A stretch of DNA of 24,000 nt, taken from NCBI GenBank assembly GCA_036655895.1, contig JAVVPF010000015.1, positions 1-24,000 on the forward strand, read 5' to 3'. The DNA comes from Cloacibacillus sp. Lineage in GTDB: Bacteria > Synergistota > Synergistia > Synergistales > Synergistaceae. A model generated the notes under the pieces. It did not search any database. It was not told the origin of the DNA and saw nothing but the letters and a program-made list of their open reading frames with translations. This document shows, piece after piece, positions 1 to 6,778 of the stretch. The position numbers were made by a program, and so were the translations under genes. Position 1 is the stretch's first letter, and every line of letters begins with the position of its first letter.

Positions 1-1
1 T

Positions 2-298
2 TTGATGGCCTGCAAATTTTTGGCGAACTCAGACCGAGGATACACGGCGTTTGAGGCCCGTAAAGACATCACCGATATTTTGGCGATCTATGGCGTGGAG
101 CCGCAAGCGCTCAGGCCGGCCTGGGATATTGCCTTTGACGCATACGGCTCGTGGCTTCAGAGGTGTACCAGAATATCGCTTGATAGGGATAGGTTTGATG
201 AAACACTTGAGACCGTTGGAGTCGAGCCGGAACGCAGAAAAGAATTTTCGGATCTTCTTTTGAAATTATCAGAGGAAATAAAACCGTTGTTGGACTAG
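2..298 (+). CDS. hypothetical protein, C-terminal fragment (5' end outside window)
   Basis: The frame is open from the window edge to TAG at 296-298. I recognise no motif. A strong hairpin follows. Confidence 0.4.
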   Translation: MMACKFLANSDRGYTAFEARKDITDILAIYGVEPQALRPAWDIAFDAYGSWLQRCTRISLDRDRFDETLETVGVEPERRKEFSDLLLKLSEEIKPLLD

Positions 299-311
299 AA
301 AAAACAACTAT

Positions 312-351
312 GAGAAGCGCGGCGCAGATGTCAACTGGCGCCGCACTTCTC
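312..351. terminator. hairpin between convergent genes (putative bidirectional terminator)
   Basis: GAGAAGCGCGGCGC (312-325) pairs with GCGCCGCACTTCTC (338-351). This is a 14-bp stem with one G-U-type position and a 12-nt loop, followed by ATTTTA. Confidence 0.5.
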
Positions 352-388
352 ATTTTAGTACGTTTATTTATATGGCGGGCGTGGCCGC

Positions 389-2395
389 TTATTTCTTTTT
401 TGTCTTTGTCTGCGCGTCGTCGTTTGCGCGCATTATCATTATGTCGGCTACTGCCGCGGCAAGCTGGCCTTTGGTCATTATGGCTGGGCCGCTGTATTTT
501 TTTATTACGGCGTCGTAACGGCCCGGCTCTTTTATTGTGAGCGCGGCAAGCCACTTGCCGAAGTCGTCGAGCGTCACGGTCTCTTCAAAGGGGCGCGTCG
601 GAAATTCGCGGAGGCCGAAGGCACGGCGGAATGCGTCGCGCAGTTCAAGCCAGTGCATTTCGTCGTCCACGCCGTAGACGGTCTCGTCGGATGGGTCCAT
701 GTATTCGTAGAGCACGGACATTTCAACGCCCTTCCACCATTTCGACTCCGGCGGCACGTCGCCGAAATTATAGACGGAGAGTTTGTCTTTTGCGTCAAGT
801 AGCGCGGACTGCACGTCAAGCGGGTTCACGTCGCGCGGGTTTTTCTTTTCGCGGATGGCGACGGCTGCAAGCGCGCCCGCGGCCTGTCCCGTCAGCATGG
901 TGATGGGCTGAAGGCGCGTGGAGCCGTTGACTATGCGTGAGACGGAGATGTTTTTCTCTGCGGCGAGCAGCCCGTCTATCTTTTCGGGGATGAGCGCGCC
1001 CATCGGCACCTGAAACAGTCCGCCCTTCCAGTCGGATTCCTGCGGCACGCCTATGGACTGTTCGCCAAGGTCTTTATCGAGGTACTGCGGTTCGTGCAGG
1101 CCGTGTATGTCGGTCGGGTATTCGCCAAGCGCTATGCTGTCGTGCTTTGAGGTGAGGGTGCGGCGAAGCTGCGGGTCGCGTATGACGTCTTTTACCGTCA
1201 TTGTTTTGACGCCCGCGATTCGGCGGCTTTCGCGTATGTATGGAAACGGAGGGAAGTGCTGGAGTATTGGCGCAAATTCTTTCGGCATTTCGGCCCAGTC
1301 CTGCCAGTCGTTGGTGAAGTATTGGCCGTAGCCCTGCCTGTTGTCGATGGCCCAGTCTTCCATTTTCAGCTCGGTCTGCATGTAGTAGAGGAAGGCGAGA
1401 GTTTTTTCCATCGCTTTGCGTTCGGCCTCGCGGCGGAATTTTTTGTCTTCGAGGAAGCGCACTGACATGCCTGGCTCGCCGCTGTCGTGTCCCGGGTAGT
1501 CGTTGGCCCAGTTGATGGCGGTGCGCGAGATGTAGGGCCATGATTCCGGGTTGCCGCCGCTTATGTGGGCCGCCTCAGGGTTCGTCACGTCTGGCATCCC
1601 GCGGTAGGCGTTGTGCGCGGCTATGTTGTACGGCGCCTTTCCGGGCCAGGTGTCTCCGCCAGCCGTCACTATTTTTTGAAAGCCGGGCAGGTACTGCTCG
1701 TAGTTCGGGGGGCGCATTGTGAATTTCAGTTCTTCGGGCACGCCGTTTGGATAGCGTTTTACGACGACGGGATAGGTGATGAACTGTATGACGCCGGTGC
1801 GGTCTATTTTGGGGGAGGCGCTGTTGCCGGAGCGGTAGCGCGCGCCGGTCATCGGGATGAAGTCGCCCGCTTCGGTGGCGTCGATGAAAATTTTTGCGTT
1901 GATTGAAAGGTCTTTGCCGTCGCACTGGATGAGGGCGGAGGTGACTTTGCCGCCCGTTAGGCCGGCCTTCAGCACCTTAGCCTGTAAGAAGAGGTCGACG
2001 TTTCCAGTCATTTTTATCATGTCGAGCAGCGCCTTCTGCGCGGCCCACGGCTCGAAGCCGAAGGTGTCCGGCCCCCAGAGGCAGACGTTGACCGCGGTGT
2101 TGCGAAGGTCGTAATATTCTTTCGCTTTGAGTATGAATTCGTAGTAAAGCCCGGTGCGCGTGCGGCGCACGTCGTCTATCGTGGAGACTGCGGCGCCCGT
2201 CATTTGGCCGCCGACCCAGTCGGACTGCTCTATGAGGGCGACGGACATGCCCATGCGCGCGGCCTGTACCGCGGCCATCGAGCCGCCCGTGCCGCCGCCT
2301 ATGACCGCTACGTCAAAGTACAGATTGTCAGCGGCTTCCGCGGTGGCGGCAAGCGAAAAGAAAAATATCATAACTGTAGTTAAGAACGTTATCAC
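389..2395 (-). CDS. secreted FAD-dependent oxidoreductase (pfam12831-like)
   Basis: A GTG start at 2395 sits 7 nt after GGAGGA. An alternative ATG is at 2371. N-terminal signal peptide ITFLTTVMIFFFSLAATAEA|AD is followed by the dinucleotide-binding motif DVAVIGGGTGGSMAA. The 839-aa ORF in the track is over-extended upstream. Confidence 0.8.
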   Translation of the reverse strand: MITFLTTVMIFFFSLAATAEAADNLYFDVAVIGGGTGGSMAAVQAARMGMSVALIEQSDWVGGQMTGAAVSTIDDVRRTRTGLYYEFILKAKEYYDLRNTAVNVCLWGPDTFGFEPWAAQKALLDMIKMTGNVDLFLQAKVLKAGLTGGKVTSALIQCDGKDLSINAKIFIDATEAGDFIPMTGARYRSGNSASPKIDRTGVIQFITYPVVVKRYPNGVPEELKFTMRPPNYEQYLPGFQKIVTAGGDTWPGKAPYNIAAHNAYRGMPDVTNPEAAHISGGNPESWPYISRTAINWANDYPGHDSGEPGMSVRFLEDKKFRREAERKAMEKTLAFLYYMQTELKMEDWAIDNRQGYGQYFTNDWQDWAEMPKEFAPILQHFPPFPYIRESRRIAGVKTMTVKDVIRDPQLRRTLTSKHDSIALGEYPTDIHGLHEPQYLDKDLGEQSIGVPQESDWKGGLFQVPMGALIPEKIDGLLAAEKNISVSRIVNGSTRLQPITMLTGQAAGALAAVAIREKKNPRDVNPLDVQSALLDAKDKLSVYNFGDVPPESKWWKGVEMSVLYEYMDPSDETVYGVDDEMHWLELRDAFRRAFGLREFPTRPFEETVTLDDFGKWLAALTIKEPGRYDAVIKKYSGPAIMTKGQLAAAVADIMIMRANDDAQTKTKKK

Positions 2396-2480
2396 AAAAG
2401 ATTCCTCCAGAATGTTGAAGCTAAGGCACAACTTTTTGATTATACTAGTTTTCGTTAGACTACACAATGAAAAAAATAAT

Positions 2481-2524
2481 GCAAAGCGGCGCTTTGCGCA
2501 TATAATAGGTGACGTAATGACGTA
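2481..2524 (+). promoter_or_regulatory. candidate promoter/operator for the cyclase-family gene
   Basis: Inverted repeat GCAAAGC-ggc-GCTTTGC (2481-2497) lies immediately upstream of TATAAT (2501-2506). It is followed by a tandem direct repeat TGACGTA-a-TGACGTA (2510-2524). Confidence 0.25.
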
Positions 2525-2561
2525 CCTTACAAAGTAAAGCTGCGAAAGGATGATAGTATAG

Positions 2562-3197
2562 ATGAAGGTCATAGATTTGGGCAGGGCGCTTGAGGATTCT
2601 ATGCAGGTATTTCCGGGGGACGACGCGCCTGTGGTGGAGCGGCTTGATTCCTGCGGCTGCCGTTCAAAGAAGCTCACTCTGTCCACACACACCGGCACGC
2701 ACATGGACGCGCCGGCGCACATGCTGTGCTCCGGCGCCACGCTCGACGCGCTTGCTCCTGAGAGTTTCTTCGGCTTCGGCTTTATCGTAGACGTGAGCGG
2801 CTGCGCTGGGCGCGAGATAGAGCCGGCGGACCTCGGGCTCTCGGCTGCGGAGCTTTCGGCGGCTGATTTTCTGCTGCTGCGCACCGGCTTTGACGCGAAG
2901 TTCGGCACGGAGGCCTATTTTAAAAATTTCCCCGTGCTTTCCGCGCGCGCCGCGAGTTTTCTTGCGGAGCAGGAGCTTAAGGGCGTAGGTGTGGACGCGA
3001 TATCGGTCGATTATGTCGAAAGCGCGGATTCTCCCGTCCACCAGATACTGCTGGGCGCGGGGCTCGTCATAATAGAGAACCTCACAGGGCTGGACAGGCT
3101 GCCGTACAAAGAACCCTTCTGCCTGACGGCTCTTCCGATGTCGATAAAAGAGGCAGACGGCGCGCCCGCGCGCGTCATGGCGGTGCTTGAAAATTAG
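2562..3197 (+). CDS. cyclase family protein / arylformamidase-like (PF04199)
   Basis: Signature HTGTHMDAPAH (HxGTHxDxPxH) of the putative cyclase / kynurenine formamidase family. Length is 211 aa with an ATG start. Confidence 0.8.
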   Translation: MKVIDLGRALEDSMQVFPGDDAPVVERLDSCGCRSKKLTLSTHTGTHMDAPAHMLCSGATLDALAPESFFGFGFIVDVSGCAGREIEPADLGLSAAELSAADFLLLRTGFDAKFGTEAYFKNFPVLSARAASFLAEQELKGVGVDAISVDYVESADSPVHQILLGAGLVIIENLTGLDRLPYKEPFCLTALPMSIKEADGAPARVMAVLEN

Positions 3198-3254
3198 CGC
3201 CGCGCGGCTTAATATAAGAGAGAGGCAAAAACAAAAAATCTCGGAGGTGCGGTA

Positions 3255-3710
3255 ATGGCAGATATCGACAGAAAACCTGAAAATAAAATATTCAAGAAAA
3301 GGCGCGGCTTCACTCTTATAGAAATAATGGTGGTGGTCGTTATTATCGGGCTGCTTTCCGCGCTTGTCGGGCCTAAGCTGATGGGCCAGAGCGACGAGGC
3401 GAAGCGCAAGACGACGCAGACGCAGATATCGCAGCTGGAACAGGTGCTTGGGCTTTACTATCTTGACAACGGCTTCTACCCGACGACGCAGCAGGGCCTT
3501 GAGGCGCTGGTCTCCGCACCCGCAACGCCGCCGGAACCGCTCAACTACAAAAAGGGCGGCTATATGAAAAAAATGGCGAAGGACGCTTGGGGACGCGAGT
3601 TCATCTATGCTGCGCCCGGCGAGCACGGCGATTTTGACATCCTCTCCTACGGCGCGGACGGCCAGGAGGGCGGCGAAGGCGCCGCAGCCGACATCATGAA
3701 TTGGGAATAG
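3255..3710 (+). CDS. gspG: type II secretion major pseudopilin GspG-like protein
   Basis: Prepilin motif KRRG|FTLIEIMVVVVIIGLL, then GspG-typical DEAKRKTTQTQISQLEQ...LDNG.YPT.QGL.AL and DAWGREFIY..PGEHGDFDILSYGADGQEGGEG. RBS GGAGGTG lies 5 nt upstream of the ATG. Confidence 0.85.
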   Translation: MADIDRKPENKIFKKRRGFTLIEIMVVVVIIGLLSALVGPKLMGQSDEAKRKTTQTQISQLEQVLGLYYLDNGFYPTTQQGLEALVSAPATPPEPLNYKKGGYMKKMAKDAWGREFIYAAPGEHGDFDILSYGADGQEGGEGAAADIMNWE

Positions 3711-3736
3711 GGGCGAATACATTGAATAAACCTGAG

Positions 3737-4276
3737 ATGATAATAAAAGCCATCCGCCATGATCTGCTGCTTGAGACGAGCAAGGGGGTGGACGCGGGCG
3801 GCCACGTCTTCGGCGCGGTGGTGCTCGATAAAGCGACGCTTTGTCCGGTCATCGCCGGAAGCAACAACCGAATGGAAAATCCTATATACCACGGCGAGGT
3901 GGAGACGCTGCGGCGTTTCTTCGCCTGCCCGAACCACCCGAAGCCCAAAGACTGCATCTTCGTAGCAAGCCACGACCCGTGCCCGATGTGCATTTCAGCC
4001 ATCGCGTGGGCCGGCTTTGACGAAGTGTGGGTGCTCTTTAACTACGAGGACGTAAAAAAGAGCTTCGGTATGCCCGTAGACCTTCTGATGTATAAAGAAA
4101 TATTTGGCGCGGAGGGCGCGCGGCCGCAGAACGCCTTCTTTAAAAAATACGACTTAAAGGCGGAGGCGGCAAAAGAAGAAAACGCAGAACAGCTTGCCGC
4201 GGCAATATCTGAAATAGAGGCTCTATACGCACAGATAGGCAAACAGGTGCGTGACTTCGACTATCCGGGAATGTAG
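3737..4276 (+). CDS. cytidine/deoxycytidylate (CDA) family zinc deaminase
   Basis: Zinc-binding motifs HGE (YHGEVETL) and PCPMC. The start is uncertain: ATG 3737, or TTG 3722 preceded by AGGGG. The C-terminal roughly 60 aa is Ala/Glu-rich and helical-looking. Confidence 0.7.
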   Translation: MIIKAIRHDLLLETSKGVDAGGHVFGAVVLDKATLCPVIAGSNNRMENPIYHGEVETLRRFFACPNHPKPKDCIFVASHDPCPMCISAIAWAGFDEVWVLFNYEDVKKSFGMPVDLLMYKEIFGAEGARPQNAFFKKYDLKAEAAKEENAEQLAAAISEIEALYAQIGKQVRDFDYPGM

Positions 4277-4303
4277 GGCGCAGAAAGCGCCGGCGTTTGT
4301 ATA

Positions 4304-4344
4304 CGCAAAGGGACGGACATGGTGCAGCTGTCCGTCCCTTTGCG
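4304..4344. terminator. bidirectional intrinsic terminator hairpin
   Basis: A perfect 16-bp stem CGCAAAGGGACGGACA (4304-4319) / TGTCCGTCCCTTTGCG (4329-4344) with a 9-nt loop. It sits between the convergent deaminase gene and the small-protein gene. Confidence 0.6.
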
Positions 4345-4363
4345 CTCTGGGGTTTTTAGGGTA

Positions 4364-4642
4364 CTAGCTCTGGATGGCTTTTTGGATGATCTCCGTTATT
4401 ATCTCTTCGCCTCGGGGAGTCATATTTTGGATGTCCGCCAAATCATTGTTGGTAAACGATGCAAAATCGAAATTCGCCCTTTTCAGGATGGCGGCCCCAA
4501 TATAATGCACCGCGTCCTTGTTCTTCTTGTATATACGTTCCTCCAGCTTCTTCATCTTGGAGTCGAGCTCCTTGATCAGCAGCTCTGGGCTTCTCCTTAT
4601 TCTCTTGGCGGACGGCCCTTTGGGCTCTCTGCTACCGGTCAT
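4364..4642 (-). CDS. small basic hypothetical protein (92 aa), predicted coiled-coil N-terminal half
   Basis: ATG at 4642 is preceded by AAAGGGGA 9 nt upstream. The ATG at 4669 has no RBS. The sequence is Lys/Arg-rich (PSAKRIRRSPELLIKELDSKMKKLEERIYKKNKD). GC was about 47% in one 60-nt sample, against 60-67% in neighbouring genes. No family recognised. Confidence 0.5.
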   Translation of the reverse strand: MTGSREPKGPSAKRIRRSPELLIKELDSKMKKLEERIYKKNKDAVHYIGAAILKRANFDFASFTNNDLADIQNMTPRGEEIITEIIQKAIQS

Positions 4643-4832
4643 AAATATTTCATCCCCTTTATCGTACATAATTTATATTAATTAAATCATTAGTTTGCTG
4701 TGCCTTACATTGAAAAGTATAATTCTCTTTTATGTTTGGCACATTGCGTTTTATACCTAAATGGCTATGCGTAAGCATAATGATTAAAGGTTTTTGTTTA
4801 AAATATAACATTATCCGCGCAAGCGGCCGTCC

Positions 4833-4905
4833 CGCGTGCGGCGCGCAAACGGGCGGCCACGCGCAAAACGGCCGCGCCCGTGGGCCGTTTGCTGCGCCGC
4901 GCGCG
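4833..4905 (+). ncRNA. candidate structured RNA: long GC-rich rod hairpin, strand uncertain
   Basis: 4833-4852 pairs with 4885-4905, giving 20 bp with one bulged T and one G-U. Inner helices are 4857-4864 / 4874-4883. A CCGC-GCAA-GCGG tetraloop hairpin (4815-4826) precedes it. GGCGGGTG plus T6 (4911-4924) follows it on the + strand. Confidence 0.3.
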
Positions 4906-4970
4906 TTACTGGCGGGTGTTTTTTAAGCGCGCGCCTGTTTTATGCCGGCGAACAATTATTGTCGTTTTGA

Positions 4971-5000
4971 TTTGCGCGCGCAAAGAGGCGGCGTTATAAT
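4971..5000 (+). promoter_or_regulatory. candidate yedE promoter with overlapping palindromic operator
   Basis: -35 TTGCGC (4972-4977), 17-nt spacer, -10 TATAAT (4995-5000). A perfect 14-bp palindrome TTTGCGCGCGCAAA (4971-4984) covers the -35. Confidence 0.35.
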
Positions 5001-5301
5001 AAGATAAAGGCAGTGCGCCTTATTCTTTCACATTTTTGGGGAGGTCGGCTTTTATGACGTGATCTGTTTTATTCGCTCGTGTACCGAGTCATACATATAA
5101 TGCCGCGCGCTCCCATACCTCAAATAGAACCAGGACGAAACTTCCTCTTTAACAGCCCTCTGTCCCCTCTTTATTTTTGTGAGCCATGCGCGGCGTCGGT
5201 ATGCCTGCCGCGTTCTTTCGGCATTTTTTGCGGAATATAAAAATGGCCGCGCCGCTGACGTCTTCATCGCGCGCGCAAAAACATTTATAGGAGGAATAAC
5301 C

Positions 5302-6378
5302 TTGGATCGTTTTCTTACTTCAAAGAACGGCCCCGTCTATGCGGGGGTAGTGCTCGGCGTCATAGCCGCAGTGCTGGTAAAATTTGGAAACCCTGGAAAT
5401 ATGGGCTTCTGCGTCGCCTGCTTCACGCGCGACATCGCGGGTGCGCTTGGCCTTCATCACGCCTCTATAGTTCAGTATCTGAGGCCGGAAATAGCGGGCT
5501 TCATACTTGGCGCCTTCGCCTCCGCGCTGCTTTTTTCAGAATACAAGCCGCGCGGCGGCTCGTCTCCGCTCGTGCGCCTCGCGCTTGGATTTTTTGCGAT
5601 GATCGGCGCGCTCGTCTTCCTCGGCTGCCCGTGGAGGGCCTATCTGCGCATCGCGGGCGGCGACATGAACGCCATTGCGGGGCTTGCCGGCCTTGTTGTC
5701 GGTATCGCGGGCGGCGTCTGGTTTTTGTACCGCGGCTTCAGCCTCGGCGCTTCGCGCCCCAATCCTAAGGCCTCAGGGCTCGTCATGCCGCTTCTTGCCG
5801 TAGCCGTTCTGCTGCTGCTTGTAGTGAGGCCGGTCTTCGGCCCGGACGGCCCAGTCTTTTTCTCAGCGAAAGGCCCCGGCGCCGCGCACGCGCCAGTTGC
5901 TATATCGCTTGCCGCGGGGCTGCTCGTCGGCTGGCTTGCGCAGCGCACGCGTTTTTGCACCATCGGAGCTATTCGCGACATGATAATGATAGGCGACAGT
6001 CACCTCTTCAAAGGAGTCGCCGCCTTCACCCTGGCCGCTTTTTTGACGAATGTCGCGCTGGGACAGTTCCACGCGGGGTTTGAGGGCCAGCCTGTGGCGC
6101 ACACGATGCAGTTGTGGAACTTCCTCGGCATGGTGCTTTCGGGTCTTGCCTTCACGCTTGCCGGAGGCTGCCCGGGCCGTCAGCTCATAATGTCCGGCGA
6201 GGGCGACGCGGACGCGGGGACCTTCGTCATAGGGATGCTTCTTGGCGCCGCCTTCGCGCACAACTTCCTGCTCGCAAGCTCCGGCAAGGGCATTGGCATG
6301 TACGGCGCGGCGGCTACGATGATAGGCTTAGGCTTCTGCCTCATCGTGGGCTTCGGCTTTAGAAACAAGATGGCGTAG
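5302..6378 (+). CDS. yedE: YedE/YeeE family membrane protein (putative selenium/sulfur-compound transporter)
   Basis: TTG start at 5302 lies 6 nt after AGGAGGA. The protein is polytopic and hydrophobic, with conserved-looking GFCVACFTRD and TRFCTIGAIRD Cys motifs. It is immediately followed by a TusA/YedF gene, the classic yedE-yedF pair. The upstream 41 codons in the ORF track are rejected. Confidence 0.85.
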   Translation: MDRFLTSKNGPVYAGVVLGVIAAVLVKFGNPGNMGFCVACFTRDIAGALGLHHASIVQYLRPEIAGFILGAFASALLFSEYKPRGGSSPLVRLALGFFAMIGALVFLGCPWRAYLRIAGGDMNAIAGLAGLVVGIAGGVWFLYRGFSLGASRPNPKASGLVMPLLAVAVLLLLVVRPVFGPDGPVFFSAKGPGAAHAPVAISLAAGLLVGWLAQRTRFCTIGAIRDMIMIGDSHLFKGVAAFTLAAFLTNVALGQFHAGFEGQPVAHTMQLWNFLGMVLSGLAFTLAGGCPGRQLIMSGEGDADAGTFVIGMLLGAAFAHNFLLASSGKGIGMYGAAATMIGLGFCLIVGFGFRNKMA

Positions 6379-6390
6379 GAGGAAAGAACG

Positions 6391-6645
6391 ATGGAAATGA
6401 AAGAGAAGAAAGAAAATAAAGAAAAGATGGAAAAGACGGTCGTGGACGCGCGCGGGCTTTCCTGCCCGCAGCCCGTCATAGAGACGAAAAAAGCGCTCGG
6501 CGGCAAAGCTTCCGGCGCGGTGGAAATTCTGGTAGACACCGTCACCTCACGCGAAAACGTCATCCGCTTCGCAGAGCACGCCGGCTGGCAGGCAAGCTGG
6601 ACGGAGAAAAACGGCGGATATTCGGTAATCGCGGAGAAAAAATAA
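6391..6645 (+). CDS. yedF: TusA/SirA-like sulfurtransferase (YedF)
   Basis: CPxP active-site motif DARGLSCPQPV. RBS AGGAGG lies 8 nt upstream of the ATG. It has an unusual Lys/Glu-rich N-terminal extension, MEMKEKKENKEKMEK. Confidence 0.85.
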   Translation: MEMKEKKENKEKMEKTVVDARGLSCPQPVIETKKALGGKASGAVEILVDTVTSRENVIRFAEHAGWQASWTEKNGGYSVIAEKK

Positions 6646-6671
6646 GCGAAGCGACAATCAGCCTGGCAATA

Positions 6672-6705
6672 AAAAACCTCGGGAGTTAGGGCTCCCGAGG
6701 TTTTT
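6672..6705. terminator. bidirectional intrinsic terminator
   Basis: AAAAA-CCTCGGGAG-ttaggg-CTCCCGAGG-TTTTT. A 9-bp GC-rich stem is flanked by A5 and T5, between convergent yedF and the phosphatase gene. Confidence 0.7.
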
Positions 6706-6778
6706 GTTAATGGTGGTCTTGCTTCATTTATCTGTCGTTTCCTTATTCTAACATAATCTTTTGTCGCCTCAAGCGCGC

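Noticed and set aside
2396-2908. Upstream 171 codons of the 839-aa ORF (389..2908, minus strand)
   Set aside because: The segment has no RBS and overlaps the cyclase gene on the opposite strand. Its composition is Ser/Ala/Pro-rich, typical of a GC-rich shadow frame. A GGAGGA-GTG start followed by a signal peptide and GxGxxG fits a start at 2395.
2664-3722. 352-aa ORF antisense to the cyclase and gspG genes
   Set aside because: Arg-rich, low-complexity translation typical of an antisense frame in GC-rich DNA. The sense-strand genes have clear family motifs.
5052-5267. 71-aa ORF on the minus strand in the yedE upstream region
   Set aside because: No RBS before its ATG, no recognisable motif, and a highly basic composition. 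The region is better explained as a non-coding leader. A small gene or gene remnant cannot be fully excluded.
5179-5301. N-terminal 41-codon extension of yedE in the ORF track (GTG at 5179)
   Set aside because: A strong AGGAGGA RBS lies inside the extension, 6 nt before TTG 5302. The extension is Arg-rich and non-hydrophobic. The resulting 358-aa length fits the YedE family.
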